From positions 57,823-121,822 of the forward strand of contig CAXGMD010000001.1 in the NCBI GenBank assembly GCA_964010765.1: a stretch of DNA of 64,000 bases, read 5' to 3'. Below, piece by piece: positions 41,033 to 50,771 of the stretch. Positions within the stretch are counted from its first letter, which is position 1, and each line of letters starts with the position of its first letter. This DNA is from an uncultured bacterium. Lineage in GTDB: Bacteria; SAR324; NAC60-12. The position numbers and the translations under genes are program-made. Below the pieces are notes generated by a model, which made no database searches, was not told the origin of the DNA, and worked only from the letters and a program-made list of their open reading frames with translations.

Positions 41033-43246
41033 TCAGTCTGATATAAGTGTTCGGGCTTTCTGCAACTTTTCCATGAAACTTTGGGACGTCTCACTCCGAA
41101 GCAGTTCGTGTACAATTGAATCATCTGATGCAATTCTAGCAATTTCAGCGAGTATATTTAGGTGGATTTCAGGATCATCTTTTGGACTGATCACCAGAAA
41201 AACCAGACGGACAATTGCTTCTTCTGATTCCCAATGAAGCCCAAAAGGAGCGATTGCGACCACGCAGATTGGCTCGGATATGTCTGGTGAATAAGCGTGT
41301 GGAATAACTACGTCGTGGCTCAATCTAGTTGAAAAACTTTTCTCTCGCGACAATATTTCTTTAACAATTTCAGAAACTTCGAGATCAGGGAAGCGATCTT
41401 TTGCCTTTTCCACCATCGTATCAAATAATTCCGCCAAGTTGGTTGCAGAGGGAAAAATGACTTGTTCAGGATAGGTATAGAAGAGCAGATAGCGAGCTTT
41501 TTGTCGGAAGATCAAGACCGAACCTTCCTGATCAATCGGAAGTTCGGGTTGTAAATGAATTTGCTTACCTACCTGCAAGAGAAGAGGAATCGTGTCACGT
41601 CTCAATTTGGGGGGCAATTTCTTAAGGTTTGCCTTGGCAATGACAGCATCTTTATTCCGTAGCGTGTACTCAATTTGAGTAGGTTTTGGCAGATTATTCC
41701 AAATTGGTTGACCGAGACCCCCAATGAGATGTTCCTGCCTAGCACTGTCCGGTGACCAGCGAAAGACATGCTTTCTCCCAACTACTTCTGCCCAACGTTC
41801 ACAAATCAATTGATTCAAGTCCCGATTATCTGTCAAAGCCAAGACGTTACCAACAAAAGGGTAAAATTCTGGTGGAAGACCTGTTTGATCTAGGGCGTTG
41901 CCATGCAAGACCCGAAGGCCCTCTGATTCAGCCTGCCGGGCTGACTCCGTGTTGGTATCCATCAAAACGCAAGGATGTCCAGTTGTCTGTTCAATAAATG
42001 AGGCTACTCGACGTGCCAATAAATGAGCCCCGATGATCAGCCAACCCTCACGGTCCTGAGATTTAACACGTAGGAAATTTGCAACTTTTCCTGCACTCAG
42101 TCCCTGAATAATGACTGTGAATCCAATAATGCTGAACGTGAACGCCTGTAAAAAATTTGCTTGGTTTCCCAAACTCGGCTCAAGCCTCAAGGCAAATAAG
42201 GAAGCCATCGAACCAGCGACAATTCCCCTTGGTGCCATCCAACTCAGAAAGCAGCGCTCACGAATGCCAAGATCTGTCCTAAAACTGGAAGCAACCACAC
42301 CGAGAGGACGAATCAAAATTACTACACCCAAAATCAACCAAAGCCCGTTGTCGACAATGAAGTTCGCAAAATCGGTGAGACGTAGTTGGGCTGACAATAA
42401 AATGAACAGTATTGCGATCGACATCTCTGTCAGTTCTTGTTTGAATTGCTTGAGTTGTTTGATTTCCTCACTTTTGCTCAGCCCCAACATAAATCCCATT
42501 ATGATGACTGTGAGCAAGCCAGCCTCATGAACCAGCCCATCCGCAACGCCAAAAGCTAGTAACGCCCATGCCAGCGCAAAGATGTTTGTATATTCGCGTT
42601 GAATCCAATGACGGTTGATAGCAACCAGTAGAATATAGCCTCCCACGAGGCCCGTTCCCATACCTACCAACAAACGCAACCCAAATCCCTCAAGTGCACT
42701 CAGAGTAGGACTTCCAGCAGAGAACCACTCGAAGCAAAGAACTGCGATAAAAACCCCAATTGGGTCAATTAAAACTCCTTCCCAATGAAGAATGTGATGT
42801 AGGCGTTCGTTGACTCCAATTCTTCTCAGTAGAGGGTGAATGACAGTTGGTCCTGTCACAATGATGAGAGAACTTGCCAGTAAGCTGAAAGAGAGGGAGT
42901 AGTTCAACAAGAAATGAATGAGAACGGTTGTTCCAAGCCAGGTGATCAATACCCCAATTGTCAGCAACCGCCAGATGACTTTAGGAGCCTGCTCAAAACC
43001 AATTCTTTGAAGTGAAAGGCCTCCCTCAAACAGAATGACTGCAACACACCCTGCAACAAGCAAATCTAGACCATTACCCAACTCCGCAGGATCAATAAGG
43101 CCGCTAACTTCTGGTCCTAGTAAAATTCCACCTAGGAGAAGAGGTACAATGGCAGGTATCCGGAGATGCTGCGCAGTGACCAATAGTGTCACCCCGGTTG
43201 CCAGAGCTATCACGAGGGTAGAAAGTTGGATGTAAACGGGATCCAT
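41033..43246 (-). CDS. CPA1 cation/proton antiporter fused to RCK/TrkA-N-like and PTS EIIA domains
   Basis: ILFEGG, VTGPTVI, WEGVLIDP, APRGIVA; LIIGA...DTN...GNAL; REK.FST...VVIPHA. Confidence 0.85.
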   Translation of the reverse strand: MDPVYIQLSTLVIALATGVTLLVTAQHLRIPAIVPLLLGGILLGPEVSGLIDPAELGNGLDLLVAGCVAVILFEGGLSLQRIGFEQAPKVIWRLLTIGVLITWLGTTVLIHFLLNYSLSFSLLASSLIIVTGPTVIHPLLRRIGVNERLHHILHWEGVLIDPIGVFIAVLCFEWFSAGSPTLSALEGFGLRLLVGMGTGLVGGYILLVAINRHWIQREYTNIFALAWALLAFGVADGLVHEAGLLTVIIMGFMLGLSKSEEIKQLKQFKQELTEMSIAILFILLSAQLRLTDFANFIVDNGLWLILGVVILIRPLGVVASSFRTDLGIRERCFLSWMAPRGIVAGSMASLFALRLEPSLGNQANFLQAFTFSIIGFTVIIQGLSAGKVANFLRVKSQDREGWLIIGAHLLARRVASFIEQTTGHPCVLMDTNTESARQAESEGLRVLHGNALDQTGLPPEFYPFVGNVLALTDNRDLNQLICERWAEVVGRKHVFRWSPDSARQEHLIGGLGQPIWNNLPKPTQIEYTLRNKDAVIAKANLKKLPPKLRRDTIPLLLQVGKQIHLQPELPIDQEGSVLIFRQKARYLLFYTYPEQVIFPSATNLAELFDTMVEKAKDRFPDLEVSEIVKEILSREKSFSTRLSHDVVIPHAYSPDISEPICVVAIAPFGLHWESEEAIVRLVFLVISPKDDPEIHLNILAEIARIASDDSIVHELLRSETSQSFMEKLQKARTLISD

Positions 43247-43302
43247 TGGAGGAGAGAAGTAAGCCCGGGCGGGCTTTTAGGAATGGTTGAATATGCGATC
43301 CT

Positions 43303-44079
43303 CTACTTGAGAATCGCTCCATCAACATTTTGAATGAAAGTTACCAGAGCTTGAACCTCTGGTACATCACCAAAAGCAGATTCAATCTGCTTTAGAGCAT
43401 CTTCAGTTCGTAGGTCTTGTCGGAAAAGGATTCTGTGAGCTTCAAGAATCTGATTGATCACTTTGCGTTCAAAGCCTTTTCGTCGGAGTCCCACTATGTT
43501 GATTCCTTTTACTTCGAAACGATTACCATAGCCAGTTGTGTAGGGTACGACATGCTTGTCAATTAAAGACCCTGCGCCAGTGTAAGCGTAGGAGCCGATG
43601 TGAACAAACTGGGTCACCCCATTTTGACCACCGAGCGTAATAAAGTCTTCCATCACGACGTGACCGCTCAGACCGGTATAGTTAGCCAGGACGTTGTGGT
43701 TCCCTAGAACACAATCGTGAGCAACATGGACGTAACCCATCAGGAGGTTATGATCTCCAATAATGGTTTTTCCACCTCCTTGGACAGTACCACGATGGAC
43801 AGATACGCACTCACGGAACTGGTTGTTTGAGCCTATTGTGAGAGTGGTTGGTTCACCGTCGTATTTTAAATCTTGGGGAGCACTCCCGATATAAGAATAG
43901 GGGTAGAAGACGTTGTTTGAGCCCATTGTTGTTGGGCCTTCCAAAGTAACGTGGCTTTTCAAGATGCAGCGATCGCCAACAATGACATCAGGACCAACCA
44001 CAGAGAACGGCCCAATTTCAACATCATTACCAATTTGGGCACGTTCATCCACAAGTGCTGTGGGGTGAATCCGCTGCAT
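43303..44079 (-). CDS. lpxA: Acyl-ACP--UDP-GlcNAc O-acyltransferase
   Basis: IHPTA, PQDLKY, HRGT, HVAHDC, hexapeptide repeats, GINIVGLRR. Confidence 0.97.
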   Translation of the reverse strand: MQRIHPTALVDERAQIGNDVEIGPFSVVGPDVIVGDRCILKSHVTLEGPTTMGSNNVFYPYSYIGSAPQDLKYDGEPTTLTIGSNNQFRECVSVHRGTVQGGGKTIIGDHNLLMGYVHVAHDCVLGNHNVLANYTGLSGHVVMEDFITLGGQNGVTQFVHIGSYAYTGAGSLIDKHVVPYTTGYGNRFEVKGINIVGLRRKGFERKVINQILEAHRILFRQDLRTEDALKQIESAFGDVPEVQALVTFIQNVDGAILK

Positions 44080-44168
44080 ATGGGAACTCCTTTGCTTCGT
44101 TTAAAATTGCCTTGAAATATAAACCTCACCCTCTTCGAAGACAAGTTCTTCACTCATCAATAGGACTT

Positions 44169-45326
44169 TCAATTCGCTGGATTTGCTGAGATCCAATCAG
44201 AAACATACTGAACTTCATTCTGAAAGACTTGCGTCATCCGAAAGGATGTAACGGCACTTGCGGTTAAGGGGAATTCCATGGGAGGAGCTAGGAGACCATG
44301 CCATTCACCAACTTGCATTAAAGTGGTTGCCAGTTGGAATGGAGTTAGACGAATCCCAGTGCGATGAAGTAATTCTGTTGTGGTTTCAGCGATTGCATGT
44401 CCGACCAGTGTCCAATGAGTCATCTCTTGTCCCGGGGCATATTCGTTCAACAGTCTACGATGAAGAGTGATCCCCAAATGATCATTTTGTTGAAGCATTG
44501 GGAGATAGCTGAGGAAGGCAACTCGATTCAGAACCTCTGCATCAAATTGTCTGAGCAATTCACTGTTTGCTATACCAGAACCTGCATAGATTGGAATATT
44601 CCACTCCTGATGCTGCCAAATAAAAGCCTGGGTTTCCAGTATATCTCCAAGCACTACAATAGCATCTGGAACTAGGGCTACTAATTGATCTAACTCTTTT
44701 TCTAAGCTGAACAGAGGGACTCGGCTGGGCATAGGCTCAATTTGGACCAGCCCTGCGCTTCCAGCGTCAAAATACTCTAGCAATGAGGTTGCTTTCTGAT
44801 CCTCACGAAACCAAACAAGAATACGTTTCCCAACCAGATTCTCAGCACAGAATCTTCCAAGTGCTAAAGCTTCTGCTTCCAAAGATGGAGAGAAATAAAT
44901 TCTACCAGCTTGTTTAGCCTGAGGACGTCCAACCCCAAATAGGTCTGGTATCCCAGTAACAGGGAACCAGTCTGGATATGCTCCTAAGATTGGCTCTCCG
45001 ACGGACCCTACCATCGCCAAAATCGGGTGCTGTAAAACTGAATTTTTGATAAGTTGTTCGACCGTTTGTCCTTCCATGCGAGTGTCAAGAGTTGTGTACT
45101 CAATGCTTCTTCCATGAATACCCCCTTGGTCATTCAAATAGCTGAAATAGGCTTCTATGCCAACAGAGATGCCACGATATTGCTCAGCAGCAGGGCCACT
45201 CAAAATCTGGAGCCCAGCCAGATAAATTTGTCGTTGTGTGACCGATGAGTTTGAATGGGCAGTTGCAGGTCCCATCAAAACAAATAGATTAATGAATAAC
45301 AGTTGGATAGCTTTTTGAAATTTCAT
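44169..45326 (-). CDS. Periplasmic substrate-binding protein, LivJ/branched-chain type, orphan
   Basis: Signal peptide; LSGPAA, N.QGGIHGR.I motif. Confidence 0.75.
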   Translation of the reverse strand: MKFQKAIQLLFINLFVLMGPATAHSNSSVTQRQIYLAGLQILSGPAAEQYRGISVGIEAYFSYLNDQGGIHGRSIEYTTLDTRMEGQTVEQLIKNSVLQHPILAMVGSVGEPILGAYPDWFPVTGIPDLFGVGRPQAKQAGRIYFSPSLEAEALALGRFCAENLVGKRILVWFREDQKATSLLEYFDAGSAGLVQIEPMPSRVPLFSLEKELDQLVALVPDAIVVLGDILETQAFIWQHQEWNIPIYAGSGIANSELLRQFDAEVLNRVAFLSYLPMLQQNDHLGITLHRRLLNEYAPGQEMTHWTLVGHAIAETTTELLHRTGIRLTPFQLATTLMQVGEWHGLLAPPMEFPLTASAVTSFRMTQVFQNEVQYVSDWISANPAN

Positions 45327-45435
45327 CTTATTTGTGAATTTTTGAAGCGAAGTACTGATGATCTACCATTAGACTAGTGCAGGAGATTGGCACTTGATCA
45401 TGCGTTTGCCTACACGTTGATGCAATGGAAATGTG

Positions 45436-45464
45436 TTGACAGGGTCTAGCTGCAATTCTACGAT
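45436..45464 (+). promoter_or_regulatory. sigma70 promoter upstream of trpBA
   Basis: TTGACA-N17-TACGAT. Confidence 0.6.
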
Positions 45465-45594
45465 TTCGAGTTCACTAAGCCAACAAGTTTGATTAAAGAT
45501 TTTAGCTTTTTTGGTTGTTTGTAATGAATGGGTGCATGCTAAAAGTTAATAGACCCTCACTAAAAATTACTAGTCAATGAATGAGGTTTGCTAA

Positions 45595-46848
45595 ATGTGG
45601 TCAGATATATTCCAGACTGAAAAGCCAGGCTATTATGGCCAATTTGGTGGAATGTTCATTCCTGAGATTCTCAGGTCGACATTTGAAGAATTGATTGAAG
45701 CATTCGAATCTGCAAGGAATGACCCCACTTTTTGGACAGAATATGTTCAGACCATGCAGAGCTACTCGTGTCGTCCAACACCAATCACGTACTTGCCAAA
45801 CTTGAGCAAGAGGAATGGTGGAGCGCAAATCTACTGTAAGCGAGAGGATCTGAACCAGACTGGAGCTCACAAAGCCAACAACGTGATGGGCCAGGGGCTG
45901 CTGGTCAAGCGAATGGGAAAATCAAGAGTCATTGCTGAAACTGGAGCAGGACAACACGGCGTGGCCACAGCTACCATGGCTGCTCGCTTTGGACTGGAGT
46001 GCACAATCTATATGGGAGCGCTTGATGTAGAGCGGCAGCGGCCAAATGTTTTCTGGATGGAGCAGCTAGGTGCTGAAGTTGTGGCTGTTACTGAAGGCTC
46101 AGCAACACTTAAAGACGCAATCAATGCGGCAATGCGTGATTGGTCTGCCAGTATGGATGACACTCACTATGCCTTGGGGACTGTCTGTGGACCTCATCCA
46201 TTTCCAACAATGGTCTCTTACTTTCAATCTTTGATTGGTCAGGAATCCAGAGAACAGATCTTAGAACTTACGGGCAGGCTACCTGACCGGATCTACGCCT
46301 GTGTCGGAGGTGGCTCAAATGCTTCAGGACTATTCTTGCCTTTTTTAGAAGATGAGGGAGTTGAGTTGGTGGGTGTTGAGGCAGGTGGTCATGGTGTTGA
46401 GAGTGGTGCACACGCAGTCAGGTTTTCTGGTGGACACATTGGGGTAGCTCAAGGTTACAAAACCTATTTCCTTCAAAATCCAGAAGGGCAAATGATGCAC
46501 ACTCATTCCATTGCCGCCGGATTGGATTATGTAGGAGTTGGACCGATTTTGAGTCATCTGCATGATGAAGGAAAAGTTCGCTTCAGTTTTGCTACAGATG
46601 AGGAAGTGATTGATGCAGTTCGATTACTGATCCGAACAGAGGGACTGATTCCCGCCTTAGAAAGCACTCATGGGTTGGCAGGGTTGTTGCGCGAATCAAG
46701 CGAAATGGATGAAGACGATATCGTTCTATTCAATTTGTCTGGTCGGGGTGACAAAGATATTTTCAATATTGCTGAGGCATTGGACGACCCAAAATGGCGT
46801 GAGTTTATCCATCAAAAATCAAATGAATATCGAAAAGCAAGCAACTGA
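45595..46848 (+). CDS. trpB: Tryptophan synthase beta chain
   Basis: KREDLNQTGAHK (PLP Lys), AETGAGQHG, CVGGGSNA, SIAAGLDY, NLSGRGDKD. Confidence 0.97.
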   Translation: MWSDIFQTEKPGYYGQFGGMFIPEILRSTFEELIEAFESARNDPTFWTEYVQTMQSYSCRPTPITYLPNLSKRNGGAQIYCKREDLNQTGAHKANNVMGQGLLVKRMGKSRVIAETGAGQHGVATATMAARFGLECTIYMGALDVERQRPNVFWMEQLGAEVVAVTEGSATLKDAINAAMRDWSASMDDTHYALGTVCGPHPFPTMVSYFQSLIGQESREQILELTGRLPDRIYACVGGGSNASGLFLPFLEDEGVELVGVEAGGHGVESGAHAVRFSGGHIGVAQGYKTYFLQNPEGQMMHTHSIAAGLDYVGVGPILSHLHDEGKVRFSFATDEEVIDAVRLLIRTEGLIPALESTHGLAGLLRESSEMDEDDIVLFNLSGRGDKDIFNIAEALDDPKWREFIHQKSNEYRKASN

Positions 46849-46855
46849 GAGATGA

Positions 46856-47638
46856 ATGTCCAGCAAGCTATCTGAATATTTGAGAAATCGACTCAAAGAA
46901 AAAAAAATCTTACTGATGACCCACACCGTTGTTGGCTATCCGTCTCTAGAAGATAACTGGCAGATGCTGGAGGAAATGCAGGCAGCCAATGTGGACATGG
47001 TAGAATTGCAAATGCCTTTCAGTGAGCCGATCGCAGATGGCCCTCTATTCGTTAAAGCAAATCAAGAAGCTCTGAAAAATGGAATTGATTGGAATGCCTA
47101 TTTTGATTTTATGAAAAGGGCTCATGAAAAATTCGATTTCCCATTACTGTTGATTGGTTACTACAACAGCGCTTTCGCGATGGGTCATCATAGTTTTTGT
47201 TCAAGACTAGCCGAGCATGGTGCCAGTGGGTACTTACTACCGGACCTACCTCTTGAGGAAATGGAAGATTTGCTTGAGTTGAGTAAAGTGCATCAACTGA
47301 ATCCGATCATGCTTTGTACACCAACACACAAGGATCCTAGGTTGCAGAGTATCTGTGCTAACGGGAGTGGCTTCCTCTATTGTGTAGCAAGGAAAGGTGT
47401 CACTGGTGCTGTGACAAAGATTGATCCGATGGTTTTCGAATTCTTGAAACGATGCCGAAGATATTCTGATCTGCCACTAGCATTGGGTTTTGGGTTGAGC
47501 ACAGGGGAGGACCTTAACCAACTTCAAGGGCATGCAGACATCGCAGTGATTGGTTCAGCACTGCTCAAAACCTGGGAGGAAAAAGGGCCTGAGGTCTACA
47601 GAAGTCATCTCAAAGAATTAGCCGAAGCGACAACCTAA
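46856..47638 (+). CDS. trpA: Tryptophan synthase alpha chain
   Basis: ELQMPFSEPIADGP (catalytic Glu/Asp), PDLP, GVTG, GFG, IGSA. Confidence 0.93.
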   Translation: MSSKLSEYLRNRLKEKKILLMTHTVVGYPSLEDNWQMLEEMQAANVDMVELQMPFSEPIADGPLFVKANQEALKNGIDWNAYFDFMKRAHEKFDFPLLLIGYYNSAFAMGHHSFCSRLAEHGASGYLLPDLPLEEMEDLLELSKVHQLNPIMLCTPTHKDPRLQSICANGSGFLYCVARKGVTGAVTKIDPMVFEFLKRCRRYSDLPLALGFGLSTGEDLNQLQGHADIAVIGSALLKTWEEKGPEVYRSHLKELAEATT

Positions 47639-47931
47639 TTTGATTCAATCTCCATGTCAACAACGGCATACTCTGAACAGATTTCGTGGATCAAGTCTAG
47701 AACAGGCACATACTCTGGATGCACCGAAAAAGCACTCAGTGACTCTCGGTCGCCAAATTCCACAGATAGAGCGACATCAAATGATTTTGGAGTTGTTTTG
47801 AAGTCCTCTCCTACTTCCAAGTGTTGAATTTCTTCAATTTTCTCTGGAAGTCCAACAAATGCGTCCATTAGTTGTCGGGAGCTTTGTGGAGTTTTTTCTT
47901 TCAAGCGAAAAAGAACCAGATGCTTTACCAT
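47635..47931 (-). CDS. Dabb (stress-responsive A/B barrel) family protein
   Basis: VKHLVLFRLK, F...L..+..HP.. pattern. Confidence 0.85.
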   Translation of the reverse strand: MVKHLVLFRLKEKTPQSSRQLMDAFVGLPEKIEEIQHLEVGEDFKTTPKSFDVALSVEFGDRESLSAFSVHPEYVPVLDLIHEICSEYAVVDMEIESN

Positions 47932-47957
47932 TATTTTTTCCTATCGAGTTGAACAAA

Positions 47958-48146
47958 ATGATGCTGCTGAGTTTGCACATCGTATCCATTGCTGCACTGA
48001 TTGCTATCTCCGGGGGAATTGCCTACAGCCTCGGGAAAAATGAAGGCATACGCATCACTCGGCTCCATTATGAGGATCTAGATGAGCCACAAAATTCAAT
48101 AGCTCAAGCTGACACAAAATCCTTACATGCCGAGCCCTCTTCCTGA
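47958..48146 (+). CDS. Small hypothetical single-TM protein
   Basis: Hydrophobic N-terminus then GKNEG; fills the gap between Dabb and rlmB, 43-nt convergent overlap with rlmB. Confidence 0.4.
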   Translation: MMLLSLHIVSIAALIAISGGIAYSLGKNEGIRITRLHYEDLDEPQNSIAQADTKSLHAEPSS

Positions 48147-48901
48147 ATTCCCAACTGATAGCAAGCTAAAGCGGCTGCTACGCTGACGTTCAGCGATTCT
48201 ACTTGTTCTGTTCCATCTATACGCACATCCCAGTCACACTGCTGTTTTACCAACTGGCGCAGACCCCTTCGCTCATTTCCCAGAACAAGCAACAGTGGAC
48301 GATCCCTTTCAAGCTTTCGTAACTCCGTTTTCCCATCGCCAGCCAAGCCAACTATCCAGAAGCCGTTTTTCTTTTGATCTGTCAGAAATCGAGCAAGATT
48401 TGTTGTTTCAAAGATTGGGAACCATTCAGCTACACCAACAGAAGCCTTGGACACAGCAGGAGTCACACCGGGACTATGATCTTTAGTGATAATGCATCCT
48501 GAACAACCAAAAAACGCTGCTGACCTTAAGATAGCACCAAAATTTTGAGGATCTTTGATTTGATCCAAAACCAAATAAAATGGGTTTAGTTTTTGAGTGG
48601 CTGGGAGAGATGTTGGAGTCTCCAAGTGTCTAGCGCTACACTCCAACAGTACTCCTTGATGTACAACATCTGGACAATGCATTTCAATGATTTCTGGAGT
48701 AGCTTTCTTGATGGTAATGCCACGTTCTTCAGCAGCTTTTTGAAGCCCTTGGATTCTCTCTCCAACAGGATGCTTAACCCACATAGCAAAGAGCTTGCGG
48801 TACGAACTGGAAATAGCAGCTTCAACAGCGTTGATTCCATATAGCCATTCGTGATCCCTCTGCTGAAGTTTTGGCTTCTTCTGAAAGCGTTTGTTAGCCA
48901 T
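48104..48901 (-). CDS. rlmB: 23S rRNA Gm2251 2'-O-methyltransferase (SpoU family)
   Basis: YGINAV, HQGV, LDQIKDPQNFGAILRSA, LGNE.RG, ESLNVSVA. Confidence 0.9.
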   Translation of the reverse strand: MANKRFQKKPKLQQRDHEWLYGINAVEAAISSSYRKLFAMWVKHPVGERIQGLQKAAEERGITIKKATPEIIEMHCPDVVHQGVLLECSARHLETPTSLPATQKLNPFYLVLDQIKDPQNFGAILRSAAFFGCSGCIITKDHSPGVTPAVSKASVGVAEWFPIFETTNLARFLTDQKKNGFWIVGLAGDGKTELRKLERDRPLLLVLGNERRGLRQLVKQQCDWDVRIDGTEQVESLNVSVAAALACYQLGIQEEGSACKDFVSA

Positions 48902-49520
48902 TGAGATGCTTCAGCAGTTCCAATTTCAATTCTGCATACTGATGAGTCACCGGAAAGGAAGGGTATTCTTCCGTGATTTTTTGGGTGGGCCTAAAGAAGA
49001 TCCCATGATGAGCACTTTGCAGCATTGAAATGTCGTTGTAGGAATCTCCAGCAGCAAGAACCTGAAAATTGAGATCTCTCAAAGCATTCACAGCACGCCG
49101 CTTCTGATCTTGCTGGCGGAGTAGGTAATCTGTGATCTTGCCTGCCTGATCAATTTTCAAAGTATGACAAAAAATAGTTGGTTGATTGAGCTTATTCAAC
49201 AACGGACTCACAAATTCTCTGAAGGTGTCCGACAGAATGATTACTTCGGATTCGGTTCTGAGCCAGTGAAGGAAATCAATTGCACCATCAAGCGGATCCA
49301 TTTGGTCAACAACCGCATGAATATCCTGAATTCTCAGATTTTTTTCATCACATATTTTCAACCGATAGCGCATCAATTCATCGTAGTCAGCGATGTCTCT
49401 GGTGGTCAGTCTTAATTCCTCAATTCCAGTTCGTTCGGCCAGACCGATCCAAATTTCTGGAATCAGAACTCCCTCAAAATCGAGGCAGGTAATTTTCATT
49501 TGAGGGTTGTCTTGTTGCAT
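48894..49520 (-). CDS. thrH: Phosphoserine phosphatase / homoserine phosphotransferase
   Basis: CLDFEGVLIPEIW, TTRDI.DYD.LM, ILSDTF, AAGDSYND. Confidence 0.93.
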   Translation of the reverse strand: MQQDNPQMKITCLDFEGVLIPEIWIGLAERTGIEELRLTTRDIADYDELMRYRLKICDEKNLRIQDIHAVVDQMDPLDGAIDFLHWLRTESEVIILSDTFREFVSPLLNKLNQPTIFCHTLKIDQAGKITDYLLRQQDQKRRAVNALRDLNFQVLAAGDSYNDISMLQSAHHGIFFRPTQKITEEYPSFPVTHQYAELKLELLKHLNG

Positions 49521-49564
49521 GGCCTTTAGAGAGTTTAAGAAATTGTCGAAATTGCAGAGGTACT

Positions 49565-49873
49565 ATGTTTAAGGTGTTCTGGTGTTGCTTGGTAAGTTTG
49601 CTGGTATTAGCTTCTTGTCAGTCCGGACGTGAGGTGAGGGTTTACGAAAAAATACCTCACTTTGCAGAGTGCCGAAAATATACGGACTATCACCAAATAG
49701 TCCAGTGTGAGCAAAAATTGATGGGGCCTCTAAATCGAGAAGTGAACCATGTACTCCGACAGTCTGAGAGCAGGAATAATAGGCGCTTCGAACAATACAG
49801 ATGCCAGGATCTCCCGAACGTATCAGAACCTTCAGGGTGTTCCATCAATCTCCAATCTAATTTGACAGATTAA
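49565..49873 (+). CDS. Small Cys-containing lipoprotein, unknown function
   Basis: Lipobox LASC; GAGG RBS. Confidence 0.65.
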   Translation: MFKVFWCCLVSLLVLASCQSGREVRVYEKIPHFAECRKYTDYHQIVQCEQKLMGPLNREVNHVLRQSESRNNRRFEQYRCQDLPNVSEPSGCSINLQSNLTD

Positions 49874-49876
49874 TCA

Positions 49877-50521
49877 ATGAGAGACAGCGAAATTGCAGCA
49901 ATGCGTCAAGACTATACTATTGGAGAACTACTCGAAAGTAACGCCCCTTCAGAGCCTTGGGAATTATTCAGCAGTTGGTTTGAGATCGCTCGGAAGACAA
50001 AAATTTTGGAACCGAATGCGATGATCTTATCTACAGTTATGCAAGACGGGCAGCCTACATCTCGCGTCGTCTTATTGAAAGATTTTGATCAAAATGGGTT
50101 AGTTTTTTTTACTAATTACCTTAGCCAGAAAGGTGAACAGTTAGCACACAACCCACGAGCATCAATTCTATTCTGGTGGGAACCTCTGCAACGTCAAATT
50201 CGTGTTGAGGGAGAGGTTGTAAAAATTGATGAAGAAGATTCTGATGCGTACTTCCAAAGCCGGCCCTATGGGAGTCGCTTGGGCGCTTGGATCTCTGAAC
50301 AAAGTCAAACGATTGTTGACCGAATTGCACTAGAAAAAAGACAAATTGAGTTTGAAAAGAAATTTGAGGATGGAAATGTTCCCCGTCCAGATCACTGGGG
50401 TGGTTATCGATTAGCACCAAACAAATTTGAATTCTGGCAAGGGAGGTCGAATCGACTTCACGATCGATTACTCTACCAAATGAAGCAGGATTCTTGGACA
50501 CGTGTCCGCTTAGCGCCCTGA
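49877..50521 (+). CDS. pdxH: Pyridoxamine 5'-phosphate oxidase
   Basis: EPNAM.LST, RVVLLK, FFTNY.SQKG, EFWQGR.NRLHDR. Confidence 0.97.
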   Translation: MRDSEIAAMRQDYTIGELLESNAPSEPWELFSSWFEIARKTKILEPNAMILSTVMQDGQPTSRVVLLKDFDQNGLVFFTNYLSQKGEQLAHNPRASILFWWEPLQRQIRVEGEVVKIDEEDSDAYFQSRPYGSRLGAWISEQSQTIVDRIALEKRQIEFEKKFEDGNVPRPDHWGGYRLAPNKFEFWQGRSNRLHDRLLYQMKQDSWTRVRLAP

Positions 50522-50542
50522 ACTGATTGGATTTTCAGCAGC

Positions 50543-50559
50543 TGCTCGAAATTTAGGCA
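50543..50559. promoter_or_regulatory. NtrC-type enhancer box upstream of glnA
   Basis: TGCTCGAAATTTAGGCA, 14/17 identical to the amtB box. Confidence 0.65.
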
Positions 50560-50609
50560 ATTCTGTATGAAAATGATAATTAATAGTTAATAATATCAGT
50601 GTTAAAAGA

Positions 50610-50626
50610 TTGGTATAAAATTTGTG
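50610..50626 (+). promoter_or_regulatory. Possible sigma54 promoter of glnA with non-canonical -12 (GT)
   Basis: TTGGTATAAAATTTGTG, GG-N10-GT. Confidence 0.35.
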
Positions 50627-50771
50627 AAGTTACTGGAGTTCAAATAGAAGCACTTGACTTGCTTTTGGAAGCGGCAGAAAGTTTTTAGAGACAAATTGAG
50701 ATTTCATTTGTCAGGCCCTCGTTTCCAATCTTCCCCTAATTCTGGCGGAAATCCCGCGCTAAAACAAAGGA

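Noticed and set aside
45388..45404. sigma54 promoter TGGCACTTGATCATGC
   Set aside because: GG to GC spacing is 11, not 10.
45465..45594. trp attenuator leader peptide
   Set aside because: The short ORF 45524-45580 contains no Trp codon and no terminator/antiterminator pair is evident.
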